Assembly (NCBI GenBank): GCA_965242525.1
Contig: OZ251459.1
Span: 3,232,001 to 3,296,000 of the forward strand
Direction of reading: 5' to 3'
DNA: 64,000 bases
From: an uncultured Candidatus Binatia bacterium
Lineage (GTDB): Bacteria > Desulfobacterota > Binatia > UBA9968 > JAJDTQ01
Shown here: piece after piece, positions 36,279 to 45,729 of the stretch
How the letters are laid out: the number at the start of each line of letters is the position of its first letter
Numbering within the stretch: position 1 is the first letter of the stretch
Position numbers and translations under genes: made by a program
The notes under the pieces: model-generated
Databases searched by the model: none
What the model saw: the letters and a program-made list of their open reading frames with translations, nothing else
Told to the model about the DNA's origin: nothing

Positions 36279-37133
36279 TCATTCGCCTTCCACCGTGACG
36301 TAAGGCGCGATCTTCTCGAGTTTCTTCGGACCGATTCCGCGGACCTTGAGCAGGTCTCGCGTGGTCCTGTAGGGCCGGCCGGCGATGATCCTCTTGGCGG
36401 TCGCCGGGCCGATGCCGGAAATCCGTTGCAGTTGCTTGCCGGAGGCGGTGTTGAGGTCGATGGGCCGTTCGAGGCCGGCGGTCTTCTCCAGGCTCTTGCG
36501 AAGCGCGGTCTTCCGGCCGGCTTCCTCCCGTTGCTGCCGGCGCAGCGCGACCATGCGCTCCGGGTCACTGGACCGCCACATCCCCGCGCGCTTCAGCATC
36601 GCCATGTCGCGCAAGTCCCGGAGCTCGTGCAGCATGGCCTTGCTCGGCGTTCCGCCGGGTCCTGTCCGGGTCTTGCCGTGGATCCGGGCCAGACCGTGGG
36701 CCACCAGCAGGCCGCCGAGGTCACGGCCGTCATGGGTCTCGACGAACGCGTAGTAACGGCCCATGGCCGAGCGCCCCGGCGCCATGGCGTAGCCGGTATG
36801 GACGGTGAACGGCTCGGACAACGCCTGCTTCGTGAACTCGGCGGCCGCTTCCCCGTACTCCAGCACGGCTTGCGGATCCGCGAGGCCGAAGTGGCGCTGT
36901 TGCTCGATGATCCGATCGACTTCGCTGTTGGAGCCGGCAGCGGTCTCCAGGCAATCCACGTAATAGAGCCGCAGGTGGAGCCTGCGCCCCCCGGCATCCA
37001 CCACGAAGCTGTCGCCGTCGTTGGAGTCCGATTCGACCAGCGTGGCCCCCGGTATGGAGGCCAGCTCTGCCGCGGATACGGGAAACGCCGTAAAGCAGAG
37101 CAGGAACAGGGCGAGGCCCAGGCGCCTTCTCAT
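36279..37133 (-). CDS. Secreted thermonuclease (SNase-like) fused to a ComEA-type helix-hairpin-helix domain; start uncertain (37133-37196)
   Basis: Signal peptide; DGDSF, LRLYYVDCLET, GRYYAFV, LVAHGLAR; IDLNTAS..LQRISGIGPATAKRII..VRGIGPK. Confidence 0.82.
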   Translation of the reverse strand: MRRRLGLALFLLCFTAFPVSAAELASIPGATLVESDSNDGDSFVVDAGGRRLHLRLYYVDCLETAAGSNSEVDRIIEQQRHFGLADPQAVLEYGEAAAEFTKQALSEPFTVHTGYAMAPGRSAMGRYYAFVETHDGRDLGGLLVAHGLARIHGKTRTGPGGTPSKAMLHELRDLRDMAMLKRAGMWRSSDPERMVALRRQQREEAGRKTALRKSLEKTAGLERPIDLNTASGKQLQRISGIGPATAKRIIAGRPYRTTRDLLKVRGIGPKKLEKIAPYVTVEGE

Positions 37134-37192
37134 GGCGGAGGCGTTCCCGGACCGGGCTTCGATCTGTGGCGGATACCAGTTCATGGGGACCT

Positions 37193-39535
37193 TCAAAAGC
37201 CGGAAGAGCCTCTTTCTTCTACCGGCGCCAGGCTCGACGCGATAACGGTTTCATACTTCCCGCAGAGTTCGGCCGTGTAATCCTGAAGCGCGGTTGCCGC
37301 CGGAATCTTTACCGGAGCCAGCCTTTCAGGGGTGATCTTCCTTCCGTAGTTGTAACGCCAACGCTCGCCCCGGATTGCCGACGCAACGAGGAAAAGCTCG
37401 CTTACGGCCATGTCGTGTCTCGGAAGCAGCACCAGGCAATCGGAATTGGGGGCGCATGGCTCCAGTTGGACGAAAGCCTCGCCTATGCTTCCGGTCCGCG
37501 CCACCGTGATGAACGGCGGCTGCAAGACCCTGTGGAATTCGAGCCATCCGTAGCAGCCATTGTAACCTTCCCGCGGTGAAATGATGAGTGTTTTGCCCGG
37601 AGGGATGTCGTTTCTCGACTCGATCTCGCTGAGTCCGTAGTAGATGTCGAAATCCCTCCCTACCTCGCCGGAGGCTCCGCGTATGCCCATTGCGTTCCGT
37701 CTCTTTATGGGGCTCACGATGTCTCGATAGGAAACCTGTTCGATCTCTCCCGCCTCGATTGCCCGGCGTTGACCGATGATCTCCGGCGCATACCGAGTAT
37801 AGAACGCCGCCAAACGCCTCACCAGGACATCCACGGCCTGTTTCAGTTCCTTTTCCGTCTGCTCTGCGGGTTCGATGTACGCACCTGCCCCCCACTCCAT
37901 TCCCGGTCGTATGCGAGCCGTTCCGGAAAAACCAGGTTGGTCCGCCGGGTTCAGCAGCACGTCGAGGACCCGAGGAACCTGGTTGGGGCCGCGTTCCACT
38001 CGTACATTCTTGTGCAGGGAAAAACCGTCGTGCGACAACCGCACGAACGTCGTCTTGCGTTGCGGATTGTGGGGAACGCCTTTTTCCAGAAGGACGAAGG
38101 AAGTGGTGGCCGATGCGAACGGCTGGAACAGCTCGTCCGGCAGTTGGCACAATGCGTGGAGGGTATGCTTCTCCAGCAGGCCGTCACGCCAAGTGCTTGG
38201 TTTGACAAGTAGGCCGGTAGGCAGAATCACCGCCAGTTTGCCTCGCGCCTCGAGGCCCTCCAGCGCCCTATCGACGAAAGCCTCTATCGGCGTGTCCGTT
38301 TTCTTGTGGGGAAACGGGGGGTTCATCAGTCCGATGGAGGCCGTGTCGAAAGGAAACTCCCGCGAGGTCAGGCAGTCGGCCTTTGTAATGCCCGTTGACC
38401 CGTCGCCGCGAAAGATCATGTTCGCCACGCATAGGGCGGCCGTGATCGGCTCGTCTTCGAATCCGAGCAGATGGGTCTTCACGAAGTCGATCATTCGGGT
38501 CCGGGAAGCGTGCGTTTCCCGCAAAATGCGATCCATGCATGCTACCAGAAAGCCGCCGCTGCCGCAGGCCGGATCGAGTACAACATCCCTCTCCGAGACT
38601 TCACAGACATCAACCATGAGTCGAGCGATATGGCGAGGGGTGAAGTATTGGCCAATCGAGTTCCCGCCGGTATAGCGGAAGAAGGTCTCGTAAAGTTGCC
38701 CAAGGTAGTCATGTTCGGCCGTGAGCACCGTAACGTTGAGACGTTCCAGTATCATGGCTATCCGCCGGACCTTCTGCTTCAGGGCATTGTTCGCTTCATC
38801 GACCCTGATGCTTTGGGCAAGCTCCGGCTTGTCGGCTTTGAGGTAGGCGTCCTGACAGGAATCGTTGATGTCGCGGAGGATGTAGCGCGGATCGCGTCGA
38901 ATTGCGCCCCTGGAATGCCAAAGGGCCAGCATCGTGGCTGCAACGACCGCGGGACGATACTCGTCTTTCACCCGCGCTTCACGGAGAAGGCGGTTGATCT
39001 CGTCCGCCCTCTGGGCCAATACGTCGATGGGTGGAATCGTCGGACGTACTTCGGCAGGTCCGGCAGCAACGGCCAAAAGGCGGAGATCCGTCTGGTTCGG
39101 TATCCAGTTGATCGGATGGCCGTCATACGTCACGGGCGCCCAATCGTCGCCGGTCCATTTCCATACCTGAAGGTCGAATTCCGATTCATCGGTTCCGGCT
39201 ATGCCAACGGCGACGGGACAGAATCCTGCGGAAAGCAGGGCGCCGCCATAACCCCTGGCTTCCGATACGGCGTCCCCGATTGCAGTCATGTTTGCCTTCG
39301 CCTCGATCACGGCAAGGGGCATGCCGTTTTCCGTATCGACGAGGATCGCTTCCGGTACGCCATGTGCGCTACCGCTCTTGCTGGCTGCGGACAAGGCATC
39401 GAAAAGATCAGGGGCGTCTCTGTACTCGTTCTGGACATAGAGGTTGCCGAGAGGAGGTTTGCGCTCGTCCCATCCCTGGGACTTGAGGAAGTCGCCCAAC
39501 AGCCTCTCCGTCCGTCGTTCCGATTGCCTTCTCAT
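37193..39535 (-). CDS. Single-chain type IIG-like restriction-modification enzyme (nuclease, N6-MTase, TRD)
   Basis: PEAIL..VIEAKA, GQYFTPRHI, DPACGSGGFL, MNPPF, C-terminal HsdS-like TVARTGSIGEAFVQ..RYNYGRK. Confidence 0.8.
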   Translation of the reverse strand: MRRQSERRTERLLGDFLKSQGWDERKPPLGNLYVQNEYRDAPDLFDALSAASKSGSAHGVPEAILVDTENGMPLAVIEAKANMTAIGDAVSEARGYGGALLSAGFCPVAVGIAGTDESEFDLQVWKWTGDDWAPVTYDGHPINWIPNQTDLRLLAVAAGPAEVRPTIPPIDVLAQRADEINRLLREARVKDEYRPAVVAATMLALWHSRGAIRRDPRYILRDINDSCQDAYLKADKPELAQSIRVDEANNALKQKVRRIAMILERLNVTVLTAEHDYLGQLYETFFRYTGGNSIGQYFTPRHIARLMVDVCEVSERDVVLDPACGSGGFLVACMDRILRETHASRTRMIDFVKTHLLGFEDEPITAALCVANMIFRGDGSTGITKADCLTSREFPFDTASIGLMNPPFPHKKTDTPIEAFVDRALEGLEARGKLAVILPTGLLVKPSTWRDGLLEKHTLHALCQLPDELFQPFASATTSFVLLEKGVPHNPQRKTTFVRLSHDGFSLHKNVRVERGPNQVPRVLDVLLNPADQPGFSGTARIRPGMEWGAGAYIEPAEQTEKELKQAVDVLVRRLAAFYTRYAPEIIGQRRAIEAGEIEQVSYRDIVSPIKRRNAMGIRGASGEVGRDFDIYYGLSEIESRNDIPPGKTLIISPREGYNGCYGWLEFHRVLQPPFITVARTGSIGEAFVQLEPCAPNSDCLVLLPRHDMAVSELFLVASAIRGERWRYNYGRKITPERLAPVKIPAATALQDYTAELCGKYETVIASSLAPVEERGSSGF

Positions 39536-39780
39536 GTGACTTCCCTGCATCGGGCGCCGCTGCCGGGTCCGATGACGCAAGGGCTTCCCGGCTATCCCCG
39601 CAAGACGGCGGCCATATCCTCCAACGCAACCCCTCGAACCACCGGCGCGCCGCTCCCCCATCGGGAACCAACCCTCCCAACCCGATGAGCCGGGACCTCT
39701 GCATGACGCGCCAACGGTCTCAAGGGTATCAAAAATCGAGGATTTACACACTAGACAGGCAGCCTGCCTCCGGATGAGAG

Positions 39781-39819
39781 CGTCCTTCGACTTCGCTTCG
39801 CTACGCTCAGGACGAACGG
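39781..39819. repeat. Family-A REP-like repeat
   Basis: cgtccttcgacttcgcttcgctacgctcaggacgaacgg. Confidence 0.85.
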
Positions 39820-39872
39820 AGATAGAGGCTCTTCGGGACGAATGGGGTAGAGGCTCCTCATGACGGATAGGG

Positions 39873-40024
39873 GTAAAGCTCCCGCACGGCGTCCGGGGAA
39901 CCGGCGGTGGCGGTGATCGTGCTTCTCTCGTGGATGTAAAGCTCCCGCATGGCGTCCGGGGAATGGGGAGCCGCGGGGATGCAGGAGCACGTGGATGATG
40001 GCTTCCCGCACGGCGTCCGGCGCA
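39873..40024. repeat. Three spaced direct repeats (about 28 nt, period about 62 nt)
   Basis: gtaaagctcccgca(c/t)ggcgtccggggaa at 39873 and 39936, degenerate copy at about 39997. Confidence 0.7.
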
Positions 40025-40065
40025 TGGAGGGGACAACATGACCAACAGGCCCTTGGGAAACTCTA

Positions 40066-40170
40066 GGAACCTCTGAACAATTGAGAAATCCGGGATGGAT
40101 TCCCGATTCCCTCACCCTGACGCCCCTATCCCCGTTCGTCCTGAGCGTAGCGAAGCGAAGTCGAAGGACG
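40066..40170. mobile_element. One-ended family-A MITE copy
   Basis: ggaacctctgaacaattgaga TIR followed by the MITE interior and the family-A repeat (40131-40170). Confidence 0.7.
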
Positions 40171-40316
40171 CTCTTTCCCATAGGGAGGATCGCCTCAAGC
40201 CGGGATTGATCGGAGGTCGGTCCCCTTGCACGACAGGCCTCCCGCACCGCGTCCCGGGAATGCGGAAGGTCGGGGAGGCGGTTGACGCACGGACGGGGAA
40301 GGTCTAAGGAGACGCC

Positions 40317-41096
40317 ATGCCCTACTGTGCGGTCAACGGGGTCCGCATCCATTACGACGTGTCGGGGGAGGGCCTGCCCTTGGTGCTGGTCCACGCCAAC
40401 CCGTTCGACCGGCGGCTGTGGATGTACCAAGCGGCGCATTTCTCCACCTGGTTCAGGGTGGTCAACGTGGACATCCGGGGCTACGGTTACTCCGACAAGC
40501 CGGAGACCGGGACTTCCATGGAAGAGATGAGCGAAGAGGTGGCGGCGGTGTGCCGGCAGGAAGGGGTCCGGGAAGCCGTGGTCGCGGGCATCAGCGTGGG
40601 CGGCGTGATGGCGCTCCAGTTGGGGCTCGACCACCCCGAGCTGTCCGGGGCGCTCATCCTGGTGGGTTGCAGCAGCCGGCCTTCGGACGTTTACCGGCAC
40701 AGGATCGACGGATATACGCGGGGGGTCGCGGGGTTCCATCGGGAACACCTGGAGGACCTGGTGTCCCCGGAGTTCGCCGGGAGCAGGCTCGGCGGCTACC
40801 TGCTCGACCGTTTCACCGACTGGGACCCCAGGCTGAGCGGCGCCGCCATCGTGCAGGTCTTCAAGGCCCTGCAGGACCGGGACCAGACCCCGCGGCTGGG
40901 CGAGTTGCGCATGCCCGTGCTGGTGGTGAACGGCGAGTTCGACAACTCCCGCAAGCGCAGCGAAGAGATGGCCCGCAGGATCGACGGCGCAGTCCACCGG
41001 GTGGTTCCGGGCACGGGCCACGCCTGCTGCCTGGAGGACCCGGCGACCTTCGACGGCCACGTTCGCGAGTTCCTCGCGCAGCACGGCTATCTGTAG
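40317..41096 (+). CDS. Alpha/beta-fold hydrolase
   Basis: LVLVHA, DIRGYGYSD, GISVGG nucleophile elbow, GEFD, GH. Confidence 0.9.
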   Translation: MPYCAVNGVRIHYDVSGEGLPLVLVHANPFDRRLWMYQAAHFSTWFRVVNVDIRGYGYSDKPETGTSMEEMSEEVAAVCRQEGVREAVVAGISVGGVMALQLGLDHPELSGALILVGCSSRPSDVYRHRIDGYTRGVAGFHREHLEDLVSPEFAGSRLGGYLLDRFTDWDPRLSGAAIVQVFKALQDRDQTPRLGELRMPVLVVNGEFDNSRKRSEEMARRIDGAVHRVVPGTGHACCLEDPATFDGHVREFLAQHGYL

Positions 41097-41236
41097 GAAC
41101 CTCTGAACAATCGGGACAGAGAGCATGAGCACGTCCTTCGACTCCGCTTCGCTACGCTCAGGACGAACGGGAATGGGGGCGTCAGGGTGAGGGAATCGGG
41201 AATCCATCCCGGATGTCCCGTTCGTTCAGGGGTTCC
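41096..41236. mobile_element. 141-bp family-A MITE with TGTA target duplication
   Basis: tgta|ggaacctctgaacaatcgggaca ... tgtcccgttcgttcaggggttcc|tgta. Confidence 0.85.
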
Positions 41237-41242
41237 TGTAAA

Positions 41243-41336
41243 GGAAACCCTGAACGAACGCCCCCGTTCGTCCCGAGCATGGCAAAGTGAAGTCCCCCCG
41301 TTCGTCCTGAGCGTAGCGAAGCGGAGTCGAAGGACG
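41243..41336. repeat. Adjacent one-ended family-A MITE/REP
   Basis: ggaaaccctgaac TIR plus repeat at 41297-41336. Confidence 0.7.
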
Positions 41337-41413
41337 CTTTCCCACAGGCAGAGGGAGTTCGAGCCGGAAGTGATCCGAGGTTCCCGAACGAAACGACACA
41401 AGGAGGCAACGCC

Positions 41414-42001
41414 ATGGCAACCAGACTGTTCAACTCCAAGTTTTCGATGTTCTGCGAGAAGATCCGCATCGTCCTGGCCATGAAGAAGGTCCCCTACGAA
41501 GAGGTGGACGTCAAGGCGGACGACCGGAAGTCGCTGATCGAGTTCTCCCGCCAGAGGAAGGTCCCGACCATGGACTTCGACGGCCGCTGCATCCAGGACT
41601 CCACGGACTTGGCCAAGCACCTGGAGGACCTCTATCCCGAGCCGAGCATCTACCCGGACGCCCCCTCGGACAAGGGGCTGTGCCTGATGCTGGAGGACTG
41701 GGCCGACGAGGACCTGAACGGGGCGGTCATGCGCATCCGCCGGTCCGAGAAGGACGAGGACGTGAAGCGGGCCGAAGCGGAACTGGAGGTCCATCTCGGC
41801 AACCTGGACCTGCTATACGGCGGCAAGGACTACGTGTTCGGCAGGATGACGCTGGCGGACATCTCGATATACGCCCAGCTCCACTTCCTCTACACGGTCA
41901 TGGACCGGGAGATCGCCCCGAAGTACGCCAACGTCCACGCTTTCATGGCCCGGATGCTGAAGGCCACGGGGGCGGCGTCCCTCAAGGACGTGGCGGCGTA
42001 G
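41414..42001 (+). CDS. Glutathione S-transferase family protein
   Basis: SMFCEKIRIVL, KVPT, IQDSTDL, FGRMTLADI; AAGGAGG RBS. Confidence 0.88.
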   Translation: MATRLFNSKFSMFCEKIRIVLAMKKVPYEEVDVKADDRKSLIEFSRQRKVPTMDFDGRCIQDSTDLAKHLEDLYPEPSIYPDAPSDKGLCLMLEDWADEDLNGAVMRIRRSEKDEDVKRAEAELEVHLGNLDLLYGGKDYVFGRMTLADISIYAQLHFLYTVMDREIAPKYANVHAFMARMLKATGAASLKDVAA

Positions 42002-42054
42002 GAGCGCGAGCCGCCCGGGCCGTGGCGCCCGCAGCCCTCCACGACGTCCCTGTC

Positions 42055-42222
42055 GATGTGGCTGGCGGTCGCCGCCGGGCCGTGCGCGCCTTGGCCCTGG
42101 CGTGTGCTGCCGCGGCGGACGATGTGGCTGGCCATCACCGCCGGGCCATGCGCACCGATGAACCGGACGACGCCGTCGGCCACGATGATGCGGCTGGCCA
42201 TCGCCTCCGGGCCGTGTGCGCC
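42055..42222. CRISPR. Candidate orphan degenerate CRISPR-like mini-array (3 x 36-nt repeats, 2 x 30-nt unique spacers)
   Basis: Repeats at 42055, 42121 and 42187, consensus GATGTGGCTGGCCATCGCCGCCGGGCCGTGCGCGCC. No cas genes in the window. Confidence 0.4.
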
Positions 42223-42301
42223 CGCGGCCCTCGATCCTGCCCCGGGCGATGTACTCGTGTCCCCGGCCCCGCCGGTCACCGTCACAGCCAAGCGGCCATC
42301 C

Positions 42302-42721
42302 TCAGACCCTGCCCCAGGCGATGCACCGGAGCGCCCGGATCTGGATCACCGGCCTCCGGTCCAGGGCCATCTCCCGGTACTGCGGGTACTTCCGGCGCAG
42401 CAGCCGGACGGCCTTTCGGTGGGTCTCGCCGCGCACGAGGACCCGGGCCCTGCCCTGAATGACCACGTGGGCCAACCGGGACCAGTCCTCGTCGTCGTAG
42501 CGGTGCACCACCACCGACACCCGCGGGTTCGCCCGGATGTTGCGGATCCTCTTGAGGTCCCGGGGCGCGGCCGACTTGGGCTTCTCGTCGATGGGCGAGT
42601 ACAGCGACTCCCCGTCGAAGGCAAAGCAGAAGGGCAGGTTCAGCGGCTGCCCTTCCTCGTCCACCGTCGCCAGATGGCCCACCCGCGCCCGGCGCACGAA
42701 CGCCGCCTCCCTGCGGGTCAC
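42302..42721 (-). CDS. PPOX-class putative F420-dependent oxidoreductase (TIGR03668-like)
   Basis: RARVGHLATVD, YSPIDEKPK, LKRIRNIRANPRVS, YDDEDWSRL, KYPQY. Confidence 0.85.
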   Translation of the reverse strand: MTRREAAFVRRARVGHLATVDEEGQPLNLPFCFAFDGESLYSPIDEKPKSAAPRDLKRIRNIRANPRVSVVVHRYDDEDWSRLAHVVIQGRARVLVRGETHRKAVRLLRRKYPQYREMALDRRPVIQIRALRCIAWGRV

Positions 42722-42772
42722 GGCCGCACCGCCCGAACCAGCCGCCGCATGTCCGCTGAGGCAACTCCGAAC

Positions 42773-43191
42773 GGCGCTTTCGGAATTCGTGTGGGTTGCG
42801 ACACTCCCTATCCCGTCATCCCGCGAAAGCCATCCCTCGTCATTCCCGCGAAAACCCCGCCTCGTCATTTCACCGCAGCCGCCCACCCCTCGTCATTCCC
42901 GCGAAAGCGGGAATCCAGACCTTGCGAGCAAACCCAGAGTGCCCTGTATGAGAGGTTTGTACAACGAGAGCGAGGAAAACCGGATGGATTCCCGCTTTCG
43001 CGGGAATGACGAGGTGCGGGCGTCTGCGGGAATGACGGGAGTGGGCGTCTGCGGGCGAGGTGCGGGCGTCTGCGGGAATGACGAGGAGTGGGCGGCTGCG
43101 GAGCAATGATGGCGTGACCCCAGCAATGATGGCGTGATCCCTTTCGCTCCCCTTTCCCTCCTGACTTACCCACACGAAAGCCTGAAGATCC
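42773..43191. mobile_element. Family-B MITE (419 bp) with 24-bp imperfect TIRs and internal ATTCCC-N8-GGGAAT hairpins
   Basis: ggcgctttcggaattcgtgtgggt ... acccacacgaaagcctgaagatcc; flanks ctccgaac / ctctgaaa match at 6 of 8 positions. Confidence 0.72.
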
Positions 43192-43224
43192 CTCTGAAAG
43201 CCATCCGGACAATCGAGTCTTCTC

Positions 43225-43293
43225 CCCGTTCGTCCTGAGCGTTCGCCCCTCTCCCCGTTCGTCCTGAGCGTAGCGTAGCGAAGTCGAAGGACG
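43225..43293. repeat. Family-A REP-like repeat (partial plus full copy)
   Basis: cccgttcgtcctgagcg twice; the second is complete. Confidence 0.8.
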
Positions 43294-43329
43294 CGCTCTC
43301 GACCGGACGTTCCCTGATTCGAACAGGCG

Positions 43330-44325
43330 TCAGAGCTTGTACTCGTCCACCAGCGTAGGCGCGAACAGTTCGTCCACCGCGGGGGTCCGGTCTCCCAGCA
43401 GGCCCTGCTCTCCCATGTAGCGGATCAGCGCCTCGATGACGTGGCGGTTGGGCTCGATGCCGTAAGGCCACCAGTCTTCGCCGAAGACCTCCCGGAGGAG
43501 TGCGACCTCCGCCTGGAGCCAGGGCAGGGTGCTGGCCATGGTGTTGTCGATGTCCATGCGCGCGATGGCGTCGGCCTTGGACTGGCGGAACGCGGTGTAC
43601 AGGCTCCGGGCAACCCACGGGTTGGCCTCGTACACGTCGTTGCGGATGACGATGGTGTGCATGATGGGGAAGATCTTCGTGCGCCGGTAGTAGTCGATCT
43701 CCACGGCCTTGAAGTCCGGGAACAGGCGGCGGACGTGCGGCGCCCCCGCGGCGAAGCACGAGGGGATGCGGGCGGTGACCAGGGCGTCGATCTCCCCCTG
43801 CTCCAGCATGGAGTTCAGGGTCCGGTCCTGGGGGATGGGCTGCACCTTGATCTCCGGCGGCAGCCTCAGTTCGATGCGCTCCTTCCGCCCCGGCGCTTCC
43901 TGGCCGCCCACGAACCAGTCCACGTCCCTGGCGGCGACTCCGTGGTCGTCGCTCAGGAAACCGCGTATCCACACCGCCGCGGTGATGGAGTACTCCGGCA
44001 GGCCCACGCGCTTGCCGTGCAGGTCCTCGGGTTTGTCCAGGCCCCCGCGGGTGTTGATGAACACGCACGAGTGGCGGAAGTAGCGCGACGGGAAGATGGG
44101 GATGGCGATGAACGGGCTGACGCCCCGTGAGGTCCACGTGATGTAGTTCGCCAGGGACATCTCGGAGGCGTGGAACTCCCGGTGGTTCCCCATGCGCCAG
44201 AATATCTCCTCGGCCTGCATGGGCAGGTAGTTGAGGGAGACGCCGTCGGGCTCGAGCGAACCGTCCTGCAGCGTCTTGGTGCGGTCGTAGTCGCCGCATG
44301 CCAACGTCATGTGCAACTTTGCCAT
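43330..44325 (-). CDS. 4,5-dihydroxyphthalate decarboxylase family / NMT1-like solute-binding-fold protein
   Basis: LACGDYDRT, IPIFPSRYFRHS, GKRVGLPEY, IFPIMH, WPYGIEPNR. Confidence 0.85.
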   Translation of the reverse strand: MAKLHMTLACGDYDRTKTLQDGSLEPDGVSLNYLPMQAEEIFWRMGNHREFHASEMSLANYITWTSRGVSPFIAIPIFPSRYFRHSCVFINTRGGLDKPEDLHGKRVGLPEYSITAAVWIRGFLSDDHGVAARDVDWFVGGQEAPGRKERIELRLPPEIKVQPIPQDRTLNSMLEQGEIDALVTARIPSCFAAGAPHVRRLFPDFKAVEIDYYRRTKIFPIMHTIVIRNDVYEANPWVARSLYTAFRQSKADAIARMDIDNTMASTLPWLQAEVALLREVFGEDWWPYGIEPNRHVIEALIRYMGEQGLLGDRTPAVDELFAPTLVDEYKL

Positions 44326-44339
44326 GGCAATGCTCCTTG

Positions 44340-44393
44340 CTTGCGCGCGGGCCGGGCGGACGCAGCCCCGGTCCCGCCCGTTCCGCGCGCGAG
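44340..44393. other. GC-rich intergenic stem-loop
   Basis: cttgcgcgcgg..cgggcgg ... ccgcccg..ccgcgcgcgag inverted repeat; no U-tract. Confidence 0.5.
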
Positions 44394-44397
44394 TCTG

Positions 44398-45702
44398 CTA
44401 ACCCTCCACCTTGTGGATCACCAGCCCCGTGACCAGCTTGGGGAAGAAGTAGGTGGACTTCTGGGGCATCTTGTCCCCCTTGAGGGAGACTTCCATCATC
44501 TCGCGGGCGCTCGGCGGGTTCAGGAGGAAGGCGGCTCGGCAGCCGCCCCTTTCCGCTTGGTCCAGGGCGTCTTCGGCGTCGTGGGTGTAGGCCACGGCGT
44601 CGGTGTTGACCGCGTCCCGGGTGGACACGCCGAGGACGTGCTCCATGAGCAGCACGTGCAGGGTGGTGACGTCCAGGCCGCGCAGCTCGGGACCCATGCC
44701 GGGCGCCAGCCGTTGCAGGGTCTTCCGGTTCCTGAGCCGCAGCACGAGGTAGCGCGGGTCTCCCTCGAAGCACGCGCCGATGAGGCGCTGGCCGCGCTTG
44801 GGACCGCGCAGCGTCGCGAGGAACTGCCGGCGTCCGTCACGGTTCCTGGGGAACGGCTCCACGTGGAAGTACTGCTGCAAGCGCTCCTCCAGATCCCGGA
44901 ACGGCAACCGGGGCATTTCCCGCACCAGCCGGTGCGTGGGCAGTATGACCACGCCTTCCTCCTCGAGGTTGGCGAAGTACATCATCACCCGGTCGAACCC
45001 CCGGTTCCCGGAACCGCCGCGTCCTTCCGCCAGGCGTCGGTTGCGGTAGCCGGAGGCGGCTTCGTAGCGGTGGTGCCCGTCGGCGATGAAGACCGCCCGC
45101 TCGCTCATGGCGTCCTGCGCCATGGCGATGAGGCCGGGGTCGGTGACCGCCCAGAGCCTGGACACGCCGTACTCGCCCAACCGGGCTTCCGCCTTGGGCT
45201 TGCGGGAGGCTGCGTGCTCGCTCAGCGCCCGGGTCAGCGCGGGCTTCTTGTCCGTATAGACGGACAGGATAGAACTGAACTGGGCGTCGCACGCGAGCAT
45301 CAGCTTCAGGCGGTCTTCCCGGGGCTCGGCCAGGGTAGCCTCGTGGCCGTGGATGCCGCCGCTGCCGAAGTCCTCGATGGCGGCCAGCGCGATGAAGCCG
45401 CGCCGCTCCCTCGGAACCCCGTCCTCCAGCCGGTACTCCTGGCTCAGGTAGTAGATGGCCGGGGCCTCTTCCGGCACGAGGACGCCCTGGTCCTGCCACT
45501 CCCGGAACCGCCGCGGCACCGCCTCGTAAGGGTCGGCGTCGCGGCAGAAGTCCAGGCGCACCACGTTGTGCGGCGAGCGGTCGTAGAGTTCTTGCTGCTG
45601 CTCCGGCGAGATGACGTCGTAGGGCGGGGCCACCACCCGGGAGAGGTCGCGGACCTTCCGCTGGTCGTAGGCGAGGCCCCGGAAGGGAAAGATCCTGGCC
45701 AT
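44398..45702 (-). CDS. DUF1015 family protein
   Basis: [41 protein letters not shown]. Confidence 0.92.
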   Translation of the reverse strand: MARIFPFRGLAYDQRKVRDLSRVVAPPYDVISPEQQQELYDRSPHNVVRLDFCRDADPYEAVPRRFREWQDQGVLVPEEAPAIYYLSQEYRLEDGVPRERRGFIALAAIEDFGSGGIHGHEATLAEPREDRLKLMLACDAQFSSILSVYTDKKPALTRALSEHAASRKPKAEARLGEYGVSRLWAVTDPGLIAMAQDAMSERAVFIADGHHRYEAASGYRNRRLAEGRGGSGNRGFDRVMMYFANLEEEGVVILPTHRLVREMPRLPFRDLEERLQQYFHVEPFPRNRDGRRQFLATLRGPKRGQRLIGACFEGDPRYLVLRLRNRKTLQRLAPGMGPELRGLDVTTLHVLLMEHVLGVSTRDAVNTDAVAYTHDAEDALDQAERGGCRAAFLLNPPSAREMMEVSLKGDKMPQKSTYFFPKLVTGLVIHKVEG

Positions 45703-45729
45703 GTGCGCCCTTCTCCGATGCGCGCAGGT

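Noticed and set aside
37194-37210. caaaagccggaagagcc, resembling half of the 24-bp family-B end at the type IIG stop codon
   Set aside because: Partial match lacking the acccacacg portion; may be chance.
41890-42291. 133-aa minus-strand ORF with GAHGP repeats
   Set aside because: Overlaps the GST 3' end on the opposite strand and has no clear RBS. Kept only as an alternative explanation for the 66-nt array.
42865-43212. Short ORFs containing VIPAKAGI / SFPRKRES or [12 protein letters not shown] peptides
   Set aside because: These are translations of the intergenic repeat families, not genes.
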